The notes under the pieces are model-generated. The model was not told the origin of the DNA. It ran no database searches and saw only the letters and a program-made list of their open reading frames with translations. From contig NZ_JBHYDN010000003.1 in the NCBI RefSeq assembly GCF_051860745.1, positions 119,307-183,306 on the forward strand: 64,000 nucleotides of DNA. Reading direction: 5' to 3'. The translations under genes were made by a program, and so were the position numbers. Of this stretch, positions 8,691-19,069 are shown piece after piece; positions within the stretch are counted from its first letter, which is position 1, and every line of letters begins with the position of its first letter. This DNA comes from Brevundimonas sp. (lineage in GTDB: Bacteria > Pseudomonadota > Alphaproteobacteria > Caulobacterales > Caulobacteraceae).

Positions 8691-9725
8691 ATGACGAAGC
8701 CGACGGCCCTGTTCGCCGCCCTCGCCGCCACCGCCCTTCTGGCAAGCGGTCTGTCGGCTTGCGGCCCGAAGCCCGAGGTCGCCGCCACGGCGCCCGCGCG
8801 GGGGGAGCGCCTCTCCGTGGCGGAAGCCCTGATCGACGCGGTCAAGCCGGCCTCGGCTGTGGTTGCGTCGCGCGATCTCGGCGAGGCGCGCGCCCGCATT
8901 CCGGGCACGCTCACCCAGTTGAACGTGCGCGAAGGCGATACGGTGCGCCAGGGCGAGGTCATCGGCGTGGTCACCGACAACCGGGTCGGACTTGAGACGG
9001 CGGCGTACGGCGCCCAGGTCGCGGCTGCCGAGGCCGAGGCCGCGCGCGCCCGGGCCGACCTGTCACGAATCCAGACCCTGTTCGATCGAGGCATCTACGC
9101 CCAGGCCCGGCTCGACCAGGCTCTCGCCGCCTCCCAGGCCGCCAGCGCCCAGGTCCGGGCGGCGCGCGCCGTGCGCTCGGCCAGCGCCGAGACCGGGGCC
9201 CAGGGCCGGATTCTCGCCCCGACGTCAGGCCGGGTGCTCGCCGCCGACGTGCCCGCAGGCTCGGTGGTCAACGCCGGACAATCGGTCGCCACGATCACCG
9301 CCGGACCGCTCGTCCTGAGGCTGGAATTGCCGGAGGCCCAGGGCCGCAACCTGCGGGTCGGTCAAAGCGTCGTCATTTCGTCCGAGGACCTGCCCGGCGT
9401 CAGCGCCGGGACCATCGCCCAGGTCTATCCGGCGTCCAACGCCGGCCAGACCACCGCGGACATCACCGTCGCCGGCCTGAGCAGCGACCGGGTCGGGCAG
9501 CGCGTCACCGTCCAGGTGCCGGTGGGACAACGGCGCGCGCTGGTCATCCCCCGCCGCGTCGTCTCCACCCGATACGGCATCGACTTCGTCCGCACCGTCG
9601 ACCGCGCCGGCCGCGTCAGTGAGGCGCCGGTCCAGCTGGGCGGCCCCGTCAGTGGTGACCGTGTCGAGGTGTTGTCGGGTCTCGCCGTCGGCAATGTCGT
9701 TCTGGCTCCGGAGACGGCCCGATGA
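8691..9725 (+). CDS. RND efflux periplasmic adaptor (lipoprotein)
   Basis: LSAC lipobox; ARIPG...V.EGD.V..G; RILAPTSG.V. Confidence 0.9.
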   Translation: MTKPTALFAALAATALLASGLSACGPKPEVAATAPARGERLSVAEALIDAVKPASAVVASRDLGEARARIPGTLTQLNVREGDTVRQGEVIGVVTDNRVGLETAAYGAQVAAAEAEAARARADLSRIQTLFDRGIYAQARLDQALAASQAASAQVRAARAVRSASAETGAQGRILAPTSGRVLAADVPAGSVVNAGQSVATITAGPLVLRLELPEAQGRNLRVGQSVVISSEDLPGVSAGTIAQVYPASNAGQTTADITVAGLSSDRVGQRVTVQVPVGQRRALVIPRRVVSTRYGIDFVRTVDRAGRVSEAPVQLGGPVSGDRVEVLSGLAVGNVVLAPETAR

Positions 9726-12700
9726 ACCTCGGCCTGTCCGGACGGCTGACAAAGGCCACACTGAATTCGCCGCTGACCCCCCTGATGCTGCTGGCGGCCA
9801 TCGCCGTCGGCCTGATGGCTCTCATGTCGATCCCCCGCGAGGAGGAGCCGCAGATCAGCGTGCCGATGGTCGACATCATGGTCGCGGCCCCGGGGCTGAG
9901 CGCCTCCGACGCCACCGAACTGGCGGCCAAGCCGCTGGAAGCCATCGTGCGCAGCATCGACGGCGTCGAGCACGTCTACACCCAGGTGCAGGACGACCAG
10001 GTTATGGTCACCGCCCGCTTCGTGGTCGGCTCGGACCCCGACGACGCAGCGGTCCGGGTGCATGAGAAGGTGCGCGCCAACTACGGCTCCATTCCCGTCG
10101 GGGTGTCCGAGCCGCAGATCGTCACCCGGGGCATCAATGACGTGCCCGCCGTAGTCCTGACCCTGACGCCGCGCGCCGACGCCGCCGGGCGCTGGAGCGA
10201 CCAGGCCCTGTACGACGTCGCCGTCCGCTTGCGCACCGAGATCGGCAAGGTCGAAGACGTCGGCCTGACCTTCATCGTCGGGGGCCGCCCGTCCGAGATC
10301 CGGGTCGAGCCCGATCCCGCCCGCATGGCGGCGCGCGGCGTCGCCCTGTCCTCGGTGCTCGAGACCGTCGCCCAGGCCAACCGCAGCTTCCCGGCCGGCG
10401 CCTTCCGCGACCAGGGCCAGGCCGTGGCGCTGCGCTCGGGCGAGCGGCTGGCCACGCCCGACGACGCCTCCCTGCTGACCGTCCGTTCGATGGCCGGCGA
10501 GCCTGTCTACCTGCGCGACGTCGCGACCGTCGTCCAGGCTCCGCGGGAGGACCAGGCCCGCGCCGCCCACTACGCCCGCGCCGGCGACGGCTGGAGCCGG
10601 ACCCCGGCGGTCAGCCTGGCCGTCGCCAAGCGTCAGGGCGCCAACGCCGTGGTCGTTTCGCACGGGGTGATGCAACGGGTCGAGGCGCTGAAGGGCACGC
10701 TGATCCCCGATGGACTCGAGGTCGTGGTCACCCGCGACTACGGCGAGACGGCCAATGAGAAAGCCAATGAGCTGCTGATGCACCTCGGTCTGGCCACGAT
10801 CTCCATCGTCATCCTGATCGGCTTCGCCATCGGCTGGCGCGAGGCGGGCGTCACGGCGGTGGTCATTCCCACGACCATCCTGCTCACTCTCTTCGCCTCC
10901 AACCTGATGGGCTACACCATCAACCGGGTCAGCCTGTTCGCCCTGATCTTCTCGATCGGCATCCTCGTCGACGACGCCATCGTCATGATCGAGAACATCG
11001 CCCGCCACTGGGCCATGAACGACGACCGCAGCCGCGCGCAGGCCACCGTCGAGGCCGTTGCCGAGGTCGGCAACCCGACCGTGGTCGCCACCCTGACCGT
11101 GGTCGCGGCCCTGCTGCCGATGCTGTTCGTCTCGGGCCTGATGGGACCGTATATGGCGCCGATCCCGGTCAACGCCTCGGCGGCCATGGTCTTCTCCTTC
11201 TTCGTCGCCGTGGTCATCGCGCCCTGGCTGATGATCCGTCTCGCCCGCAAGACCCTGGCCGGGGGCAAGGGTCACGAGCACGGCGAGGGGAGGCTCGGTC
11301 GCCTCTACCGCAAGGTGGCCACGCCGGTGATCCGCACGCGCCGCAGCGCCTGGACTTTCCTGATCGTGGTCGGTGTCGCCACCCTGCTGGCCATGTCGAT
11401 GTTCGGCTTCCGGGCCGTGCCGGTGAAGCTGCTGCCGTTCGACAACAAGTCCGAGCTGCAGGTCGTGCTGGACATGCCCGAGGGAACCAGTCTCGAGGCC
11501 ACCGAGCGCACCCTGGCCGGGGCTGCGGCCGTGGCGGGAACCCTGTCTGAGGTCGAATCGCTCGAAAGCTATGCCGGAACCGCGGCGCCGTTCAATTTCA
11601 ACGGTCTGGTGCGTCACTATTTCCTGCGCACGGGCGCCGAACAGGGCGACCTTGCGGTGATGCTCGCCCCCAAGGGCGAGCGCAGCCGTAGCAGCCACGC
11701 CATCGCCCTTGACCTGCGCCGCCGCCTGGCCGACCTGCCGCTGCCGGCCGGATCGTCGATCAAGGTGGTCGAGGCTCCACCGGGACCGCCGGTGCTGGCG
11801 ACCCTGTTGGCCGAGGTCTACGGCCCCGATCCCGCCACCCGCCGCGCGGTGGCCGCCGAACTGGAAACCCTGTTCCGGGCCGAGTCCTCGGTCGTTGATG
11901 TGGACAACAGCTACGGCGTCCGCCGTCCGGTCCTGCGCCTGATCCCCGACCGCGAGAAGATCGAACGCTTTGGCCTGTCCGAGCGCGAGGTGCACGACTC
12001 CATCGCCGCCGTCATGGGCGGCCAGATCCTCGGCTACGCCGCGCGCGATGACGAGCGCACCCCGGTGGAGATCGCCGTGCGCCTGCCCCAGTCGGCCCGG
12101 ACGTGGAACGAGCAGATGGCCGTCATGCCGGTGGCTGTGACCACGCTGGACGGCGGCCGGCGGCTGGTCGAACTGGGGGAGGTGGTCGAGGCCCGTCACG
12201 AGCTGGCGAGCTGGCCCGTCTACCGCCGTGACGGCCGGGCCGCCGAGATGGTCACCGCCGAACTGGCCGGCGAGTTCGAGGCCCCGATCTACGGCATCCT
12301 GGCCATCGACGCCGCCATCAAGGCCCACGACTGGAAGGGTCTGCCGCGTCCCGAGGTACGGCTCAACGGCCAGCCGTCGGACGAGACAGTCCCCACCGTG
12401 CTGTGGGACGGCGAATGGGAGATCACCTGGGTGACCTTCCGCGACATGGGCGCGGCTTTCGGCGTGGCCCTGCTGGGGATCTATGTTCTGGTCGTCGCCC
12501 AGTTCAAGGACTTCCGCATCCCCCTGGTGATCCTGACGCCCATCCCCCTGACCCTGATCGGCATCGTCATCGGCCACATGCTGTTCGGCGCGCCCTTTAC
12601 CGCCACCTCGATGATCGGCTTCATCGCCCTGGCGGGGATCATCGTGCGAAACTCGATCCTGCTGGTCGACTTCATCCGCCATGCCCGAACGCCGGGACGA

Positions 12701-12952
12701 CCCCTGCGCGAGGTCCTGCTGGAGGCGGGCGCCATCCGCTTCAAGCCGATCCTGCTCACCGCCCTGGCGGCCATGATCGGCGCGGCGGTGATCCTGTTCG
12801 ATCCAATCTTCCAGGGTCTGGCCATCTCCCTGCTGTTCGGGCTGATCTCCTCGACGATTCTGACGGTGCTGGTGATCCCCGCTATCTATATCGCGTTGAA
12901 AGACGACGGCCGCCCCTTGGCCGCGCCCCCAGCCGCGCAAGAGACCCCATGA
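9722..12952 (+). CDS. RND efflux permease (AcrB/AcrD/AcrF family)
   Basis: 1076 aa; REEEPQI, GILVDDAIVMIENI, GIIVRNSILLVD, RFKPILLT. Confidence 0.93.
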   Translation: MNLGLSGRLTKATLNSPLTPLMLLAAIAVGLMALMSIPREEEPQISVPMVDIMVAAPGLSASDATELAAKPLEAIVRSIDGVEHVYTQVQDDQVMVTARFVVGSDPDDAAVRVHEKVRANYGSIPVGVSEPQIVTRGINDVPAVVLTLTPRADAAGRWSDQALYDVAVRLRTEIGKVEDVGLTFIVGGRPSEIRVEPDPARMAARGVALSSVLETVAQANRSFPAGAFRDQGQAVALRSGERLATPDDASLLTVRSMAGEPVYLRDVATVVQAPREDQARAAHYARAGDGWSRTPAVSLAVAKRQGANAVVVSHGVMQRVEALKGTLIPDGLEVVVTRDYGETANEKANELLMHLGLATISIVILIGFAIGWREAGVTAVVIPTTILLTLFASNLMGYTINRVSLFALIFSIGILVDDAIVMIENIARHWAMNDDRSRAQATVEAVAEVGNPTVVATLTVVAALLPMLFVSGLMGPYMAPIPVNASAAMVFSFFVAVVIAPWLMIRLARKTLAGGKGHEHGEGRLGRLYRKVATPVIRTRRSAWTFLIVVGVATLLAMSMFGFRAVPVKLLPFDNKSELQVVLDMPEGTSLEATERTLAGAAAVAGTLSEVESLESYAGTAAPFNFNGLVRHYFLRTGAEQGDLAVMLAPKGERSRSSHAIALDLRRRLADLPLPAGSSIKVVEAPPGPPVLATLLAEVYGPDPATRRAVAAELETLFRAESSVVDVDNSYGVRRPVLRLIPDREKIERFGLSEREVHDSIAAVMGGQILGYAARDDERTPVEIAVRLPQSARTWNEQMAVMPVAVTTLDGGRRLVELGEVVEARHELASWPVYRRDGRAAEMVTAELAGEFEAPIYGILAIDAAIKAHDWKGLPRPEVRLNGQPSDETVPTVLWDGEWEITWVTFRDMGAAFGVALLGIYVLVVAQFKDFRIPLVILTPIPLTLIGIVIGHMLFGAPFTATSMIGFIALAGIIVRNSILLVDFIRHARTPGRPLREVLLEAGAIRFKPILLTALAAMIGAAVILFDPIFQGLAISLLFGLISSTILTVLVIPAIYIALKDDGRPLAAPPAAQETP

Positions 12953-13293
12953 CCGACGCCCTGCCCATGCCGAACGCCGCCGCCCTCGCCGAGCTCGAGG
13001 CCAGCGCCGCTCCCGCCGCCCGCCTCATGCGGCTGTTCGCCAACGAGCAGCGGTTGATGCTCATGTGCCGGCTGAGCGAAGGTGAGTGCGCGGTCGGCGA
13101 GTTGGCCGGCTATGCGGGCCTGTCACAGTCAGCCTGTTCGCAGCATCTCGCCCGCCTGCGCGAGGCCGACGTCATCGCTCCGCGGCGCGAGGCCCAGACC
13201 ATCTACTACGGCATCTCGGATCCGGCCGCGGCCCGCCTCATCGCCCTGCTCTGCGACATCTACCGCGACAAACCCCAGGACCAGACATCATGA
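12949..13293 (+). CDS. ArsR/SmtB repressor, SqrR/BigR-like
   Basis: ANEQRLMLMC...SQHLARLR...REAQTIYY...LLCDIY, with Cys in helix 2 and helix 5 as in SqrR/BigR. Confidence 0.85.
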   Translation: MTDALPMPNAAALAELEASAAPAARLMRLFANEQRLMLMCRLSEGECAVGELAGYAGLSQSACSQHLARLREADVIAPRREAQTIYYGISDPAAARLIALLCDIYRDKPQDQTS

Positions 13294-13673
13294 CCTATTT
13301 TTACGCCCGCACGATCGAAGGCGACTTCGAGGCTGTCGTCGAGCGGACCCGCGCCGCGTTGCAGAAACACGGCTTCGGCGTCCTCACCGAGATCGACGTT
13401 CAGGCCACGCTCAAGGCGAAGATCGGGGAGGACTTCCGCCCCTACCGCATCCTCGGCGCCTGCAACCCGGTCATGGCCCATGAGGCCCTGAAGATGGAGT
13501 CCCACGTCGGCGTCATGCTGCCCTGCAACGTCGTGGTCCAGCAGACCGACGGCGGCGTCGAAGTCTTTGCGGTCGATCCGGCGGCCTCGATGTCGGCCAT
13601 CGAAAACGCCGGACTTCTCAGGCACGCCCAAACGGTGGGCGAGCACCTGCGCGCCGCTGTCGCCGAAGTCTGA
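13290..13673 (+). CDS. DUF302 domain protein
   Basis: GFGVLTEIDVQATLK...ILGACNP...GVMLPCNVVV. Confidence 0.9.
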   Translation: MTYFYARTIEGDFEAVVERTRAALQKHGFGVLTEIDVQATLKAKIGEDFRPYRILGACNPVMAHEALKMESHVGVMLPCNVVVQQTDGGVEVFAVDPAASMSAIENAGLLRHAQTVGEHLRAAVAEV

Positions 13674-14134
13674 TTGCGGGACGTCTGGTTATCGCGGCGG
13701 GTCGAAAGCCTGCTTCTGATGCTGCCAGCCATAACGAGAGTCCCCGGGTGATCTGAGCCATGATTGGCGGGGCCGGCAAGCAGGGCAAGCCCCTGCTGGC
13801 GGCGCTTTGCGTGCGAGACCAGGAGCAAGCGGCCGTCCCCCAGGACGGCCAAAAACGAGAAAAACAGGGAAACCTTACTCTCGCGCGGCTCGCGGAGACT
13901 CTGCCGCTGAAGGAGGCGGCAAGTGTCGCGTGTGGAGTGGCGGAAGGCCGCTCAGCGACCGGAGACGGGGCGCAAATCCCGCCGTGGCGGGCCCTTCAAG
14001 GGGCGGAACGACAGGCGCGCGGGGCCATCCACAGATGACAGAGCCCTACGGTTGCCTGAGGCGGCCGACGTAGGGCACGGTTCGACCTCGCACTGTCAGT
14101 CTGACAACGCTGTCGAGGCGATATGCGGGGAGCA

Positions 14135-16156
14135 ATGATGATGTCAGCGGCCGATCCGGGCCCGGCCGCAAGCGCCGATCTGACAAAGGCGCTTGCGCAT
14201 GGGTATCGTCTGATGTCCGACGACCCAATGCTCGCGGAGGCCCAGGCAGACGAGATCCTGCGGCTCCATCCAGAGGAAGCAGAAGCACTGGTGTTGCTGG
14301 CCTCAGCCCGGCGCCGACGAGGCGCGCCGGAGGCAGCCTTGGCGGCCCTGGAGCCATTGTTGGCGACCCGGCCCGACTGGGGACCGCTGCATGCCGCGAT
14401 CGGACTCGCCCTGGCCGATCTGGGCCAGGGCAATACCGCCATCATTGCCATGAAACGCGCCGTGACGCTGGATCCCGGCCTGACCTCCGCTTGGCGCGCC
14501 CTGGCCGAGCAATTGGCGATGTGCGGGGACGACGCGGGCGCGGCGGTCGCCACCGCCGAGGAGATCCGTTCATCGGTCTCAGATCCGGTCCTGCTGGAAG
14601 CCGGGGCGGCGCTGGCTGACAATCGTCTGGCCATCGCTGAACGCTTGCTAAGGGACTATCTCAAGCGCGATCCGTTCAATGTACCGGCAATCCGCATGCT
14701 CGCCGAAACCGGGGGGCGGCTCGGTCGGCTCGACGACGCCGAACGTCTGTTGGAGCGCTGCGTCGAACTGGCCCCGGGCTTTGCGCCCGCGCGGCACAAC
14801 TATGCGACCGTCCTCTACCGCCAGAACAAGGCCGTCGCTGCATTGGCGCAGCTGGAGCAGCTGCTGAGCCTCGAACCGAACCGCCCCACCTATCTGAATC
14901 TCAAGGCCGCTGCGCTCGGCCGGGTCGGCGATTATGACGAGGCCATCGCGATCTGGAGTTCCCTGCTCAAGGCGCTTCCGGATCAACCCCGGGTCTGGCT
15001 CAGCTTCGGCCATGCGCTCAAGACCGTCGGGCGTCAGGCCGAGTGTATTGACGCCTATCGCCGCGCTGCGTCCCTCGCACCTCATATGGGAGAGGCCTGG
15101 TGGAGTCTGGCCAATCTCAAGACCCGGGTCTTCACCACCGCCGACATCGCCGAGATGGAGCGTCAGTGGGTCCGTGCGGATATCTCCGACGAGGACCGGC
15201 TGCATCTGGCCTTTGCGCTCGGCAAGGCGTTTGAGGACGCCGGCCGCTACGGCCCCTCGTTCGACCACTACCAGCAGGGGGCCGGACTACGTCGTGCGCG
15301 CGAGCGCTATGACGCCGCCGCCACGACTTCGCACATGGAGCGGTCCCGCGTCGTGTTCACCGCGGACCTGCTGGCCCGCAAGGCCGGGGCGGGCTGTCCG
15401 CTGCCGGATCCGATCTTCGTCGTGGGTCTGCCCCGGGCCGGTTCAACCTTGATTGAACAGATTTTGTCGAGCCATACGGCGGTGGAGGGAACCCAGGAAC
15501 TGCCCGACATCATCTCACTGGCGCGACGGTTGGGCGGCGGGCCCGAGGGGCGGGGGGCCACGAGCTACCCCGAGAGTCTGACGGAGCTAGACCCCGCAGA
15601 CCTTTCCGCCCTCGGTGAAGAATACCTCGCGCGGACCCAGGTGCACCGGAAGACCGATCGTCCGTTCTTTATCGACAAAATGCCCAATAATTTCGCTCAT
15701 GTCGGGCTGATCCATCTGATCCTGCCGAAGGCGAAGATCATCGACGCCCGACGGCATCCGATGGCCGGCTGTTTTTCCGCCTTCAAACAGCATTTCGCGC
15801 GCGGCCAGAATTTCTCCTACGACCTCTCTGACCTGGGTCGCTACTACGCTGACTACGTCGCCCTGATGCGGCATTTCGATGAGGTCCTGCCCGGTCGCGT
15901 GCACCGGGTGATCTATGAGGACATGATCGCCGATCCGGAGACGCAGACCAGGGCCCTGCTCGATCATTGCGGCCTTCCCTTTGAAGAATCCTGCCTGCGA
16001 TTTCACGAGACCGAGCGCGCCGTGCGGACCGCGAGTTCGGAACAGGTGCGACGCCCGATCTTTTCGGATGCCCTCGAGCAGTGGCGCCACTACCGGCCAT
16101 GGCTGGGGCCCCTGGAGACGGCCCTCGGGGATTCCCGGCGAATCTGGCGGCAGTAG
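14135..16156 (+). CDS. TPR-repeat sulfotransferase family protein
   Basis: N-terminal TPR-like repeats; FVVGLPRAGSTLIEQIL, FIDKMPNNF, VRTASSEQVRRPI. Confidence 0.88.
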   Translation: MMMSAADPGPAASADLTKALAHGYRLMSDDPMLAEAQADEILRLHPEEAEALVLLASARRRRGAPEAALAALEPLLATRPDWGPLHAAIGLALADLGQGNTAIIAMKRAVTLDPGLTSAWRALAEQLAMCGDDAGAAVATAEEIRSSVSDPVLLEAGAALADNRLAIAERLLRDYLKRDPFNVPAIRMLAETGGRLGRLDDAERLLERCVELAPGFAPARHNYATVLYRQNKAVAALAQLEQLLSLEPNRPTYLNLKAAALGRVGDYDEAIAIWSSLLKALPDQPRVWLSFGHALKTVGRQAECIDAYRRAASLAPHMGEAWWSLANLKTRVFTTADIAEMERQWVRADISDEDRLHLAFALGKAFEDAGRYGPSFDHYQQGAGLRRARERYDAAATTSHMERSRVVFTADLLARKAGAGCPLPDPIFVVGLPRAGSTLIEQILSSHTAVEGTQELPDIISLARRLGGGPEGRGATSYPESLTELDPADLSALGEEYLARTQVHRKTDRPFFIDKMPNNFAHVGLIHLILPKAKIIDARRHPMAGCFSAFKQHFARGQNFSYDLSDLGRYYADYVALMRHFDEVLPGRVHRVIYEDMIADPETQTRALLDHCGLPFEESCLRFHETERAVRTASSEQVRRPIFSDALEQWRHYRPWLGPLETALGDSRRIWRQ

Positions 16157-16289
16157 GCGCCCGTGTGCGGCGCCGCGACAGGATCCGATGACGGATCAAT
16201 GCGATTCCGCCCGACCGGGGAATAATGTAGCATTGACATTCCCCCGCCGGACCCGCGCTACTGTGCACCTGAACCGTCGGGGGGCTGAC

Positions 16290-18671
16290 ATGATCAAGAT
16301 GAAGTTTGGCGGGAGAGTGCGGGGCGCTCTTTGGTCGGCGGCCCTGATGGGCAGCACCATGCTGGCCGGCGTCCCGGCCGCAATGGCCCAGGACGCTGAG
16401 CGGACAACCACGATCGACGACATTATCGTCACCGCCCAGAAGCGTGACGAGAACCTGCAGGACGTGCCCATCAGTATCCAGGCGCTCGGCGGTGAACGGC
16501 TCGAGCAGATGGGGGTGTCGGACTTCAACGACTACGTCAAACTCCTGCCCAGCGTCTCCTACCAGACCATCGCTCCGGGATTCTCGGGCGTCTATATGCG
16601 CGGCATCGCCAGCGGCGGGGACGGCAACCATTCTGGTTCCCTTCCCAGCGTCGGCGTCTATCTGGACGAACAACCGGTCACGACCATCCAGGGGCCTCTC
16701 GACGTCAATGTCTATGACATGAGCCGGGTCGAGGCGCTGGCCGGCCCGCAGGGCACCCTGTACGGGGCCAGTTCCCAAGCCGGGACGATCCGCCTGATCA
16801 CCAACAAGCCCGACTTCAGCCGGCGCTACGGACAAGTCGATGTGGAGGCCAATTCGGTGGCCCACGGCGGAGTCGGCGGCAGCGTCGAGGGCTTCGTCAA
16901 TCTGCCGATCAGTGAGCGCATCGCCGCCCGCGTCGTCGGCTGGTACCGGCAGGATGCCGGTTACATCGACAATGTCGCCGGAACCCTCACCTATCCGACC
17001 TCGGGGGCGACCATTAACAACGCCAGCCGGGTCGAGGATGACTACAACGACTCCACCGTGATGGGCGGCCGGGCCGCGCTCAGGATCGAGCTGGACGATA
17101 CCTGGACGGCCACGGCGTCCCTGATGGGACAGACCGCCGACAGCAATGGCAACTGGTCTTATGACCCGGCCAAGGGCGACCTGAAGGCCAGCCATTTCTA
17201 TCCTGAAACCCTTGAGGACCGCTGGCACCAGGCGGCGCTCACGGTTACCGGACGCGTCGGTAGCTGGGACCTCGTCTACGCCGGGGCCCATATGAACCGC
17301 AATGACGAGATACAGCAGGACTACTCGGACTATTCCTTCTTCTATGACACCTTGGCCGGCTACGGGGCCTACTGGACCGACGACTCCGGCACGCCGCTCG
17401 ACAATCCGTCGCAGTATATCCAAGCCACCGACCAGTACCGGCGCAACAGCCACGAGGTTCGGCTGTCGTCGCCCACGGACGCCCGTCTCCGCGCCGTGGC
17501 CGGCGTGTTTTACCAGCAGCAAACGCATGACATCGAACAGAAATATCGGATCGACGGCCTTGCCGGCCCCGGGGGGGCGGTCCCCTCGCTGGAGGTCACA
17601 GGCCAGCCTGACACCCTGTGGCTGACGCAGCAGGTCCGAGAGGATGACGACACGGCCGTGTTTGGAGAGCTTTCCTACGACCTCACCGATCGACTCACCC
17701 TGACCGGCGGCCTGCGGCTCTTCAGGTCCGAGAACTCCCTGCGCGGCTTCTTCGGCTTCGGCACGGGGTACAGCGCCACGCTGGGCGAGGGTTCCTGCTT
17801 CTCCGGGCCGATTGTCCCCGATTCGCCCTGCACCAACCTTGACAAGAGTGTCGAGGAAAGCGGCTCGACCCATAGGCTGAACCTTACCTATAAGATCGAC
17901 GAAGACCGCATGGTCTATGCCACCTGGTCGACCGGCTATCGCCCCGGCGGCATCAATCGGCGCGGCACCCTGCCGCCCTATGATTCAGACTTCCTGACCA
18001 ATCATGAGATGGGCTGGAAGACCACCTGGATGGATGGCAGTCTGCGCTGGAACGGTGCGGTTTACGCCCTTCAGTGGGAGGACTTCCAGTTCTCCATCCT
18101 CGGATCGAACGGGCTGACCGAGATCAAGAATGCGGCCCAGGCCCGGGTGATGGGCGCCGAGAGCGACGTGGTTTGGCGGGTGACCCCTGACCTGACCCTG
18201 TCGGGTGCGATGGCCTATACGGACGCTGAACTCTCCGAAAACTATTGTGGGTTCCTTGCACCGGACGGGTCGCCCGAAACCAACTGCCCGACTCCGCAGT
18301 CACCGGAGGGCACCGAACTGCCGGTCACGCCCAGGTTCAAGGCCAACATGACGGCCCGCTACGAATTTCCTCTCGGCAGCCTCGACGGGTTCGTCCAGGG
18401 ATCGATGGTCTATGTCGGCGAAAACTGGACCGATCTGCGGCTGATCGAGCGAGCGATCATTGGCGAGCAGCCCGCCTATACGACGGCCGACCTGTCAGCC
18501 GGCCTGGCCAGCGATGTCTGGACCGCGACCCTGGCCGTCAGCAATGTCACCGACGAACGGGCCAGTCTGTATCGCTATGCCCAGTGCGCCGAACAGGTCT
18601 GCGGCGCCAGGACCTACGTCGTACCCAACCGACCTCGCATGATCAGCCTCCGCCTCGGCTGGAAATTCTGA
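16290..18671 (+). CDS. TonB-dependent receptor
   Basis: Signal peptide; IIVTAQKR...QDVPISI plug; GPQGTLYG; ends in RLGWKF. Confidence 0.93.
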   Translation: MIKMKFGGRVRGALWSAALMGSTMLAGVPAAMAQDAERTTTIDDIIVTAQKRDENLQDVPISIQALGGERLEQMGVSDFNDYVKLLPSVSYQTIAPGFSGVYMRGIASGGDGNHSGSLPSVGVYLDEQPVTTIQGPLDVNVYDMSRVEALAGPQGTLYGASSQAGTIRLITNKPDFSRRYGQVDVEANSVAHGGVGGSVEGFVNLPISERIAARVVGWYRQDAGYIDNVAGTLTYPTSGATINNASRVEDDYNDSTVMGGRAALRIELDDTWTATASLMGQTADSNGNWSYDPAKGDLKASHFYPETLEDRWHQAALTVTGRVGSWDLVYAGAHMNRNDEIQQDYSDYSFFYDTLAGYGAYWTDDSGTPLDNPSQYIQATDQYRRNSHEVRLSSPTDARLRAVAGVFYQQQTHDIEQKYRIDGLAGPGGAVPSLEVTGQPDTLWLTQQVREDDDTAVFGELSYDLTDRLTLTGGLRLFRSENSLRGFFGFGTGYSATLGEGSCFSGPIVPDSPCTNLDKSVEESGSTHRLNLTYKIDEDRMVYATWSTGYRPGGINRRGTLPPYDSDFLTNHEMGWKTTWMDGSLRWNGAVYALQWEDFQFSILGSNGLTEIKNAAQARVMGAESDVVWRVTPDLTLSGAMAYTDAELSENYCGFLAPDGSPETNCPTPQSPEGTELPVTPRFKANMTARYEFPLGSLDGFVQGSMVYVGENWTDLRLIERAIIGEQPAYTTADLSAGLASDVWTATLAVSNVTDERASLYRYAQCAEQVCGARTYVVPNRPRMISLRLGWKF

Positions 18672-18682
18672 CAGGGCGAGTG

Positions 18683-19069
18683 GGTGGTGTCAGTGGGCCA
18701 ACCGTCGGTCGGATTTCGCTGAAAGATTGTTAGCCCGGAGCAACTTCCCTGTTCGTCTCACGGGAAAAGGACGCGGCGCGTCGCCCGGATTCCCGGTCGT
18801 AGTGAGGGTTGTCGGCAGGTCGAAACGCGTTTGGGATCGGAAATCGGAGCAATTTCCCTGTAATTCCCTGTTTTCAGGGGCGGGCCCAGCCAAGGAAGAA
18901 CGACCCGTCGCCGAGCGAACGGAGACCGGGGCGGCAAAAGCGGGGCGTTGCAGACAATATTCCGCGACCAAAGACAGCCTGTCCGTCTCCGGGTTCGACG
19001 AAGGCGCGGTAATGTCAGGGTTATTTCCCGGGTTACAGGGACCCGGCAGCTATCCAGGAAGTGCGTGGC
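18683..19069. repeat. Non-coding junction with repeated TTCCCTG/CAGGG motifs (probable mobile-element end)
   Basis: GGAGCAA(C/T)TTCCCTGT at about 18737 and 18846; tandem TTCCCTGT; partial 29-bp junction motif at 18683. Confidence 0.4.

Noticed and set aside
8519-9094. 192-aa N-terminal extension of the SQR ORF in the track
   Set aside because: It overlaps the RND adaptor antisense and the promoter; the real start is ATG 8518 with an RBS.
9425-12940. Very long antisense ORFs (also 24548-26320, 39384-41342, 15783-17873, 60066-61322)
   Set aside because: Shadow frames of high-GC genes with no recognisable motifs.
13760-14073. Short ORFs in the junction after DUF302
   Set aside because: No domain signal; the region looks like non-coding element-end debris.
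7205-16156. Functional link between SQR and the neighbouring sulfotransferase as one sulfur pathway
   Set aside because: They are separated by mobile-element scars and share no regulatory motif, so the adjacency is probably coincidental.
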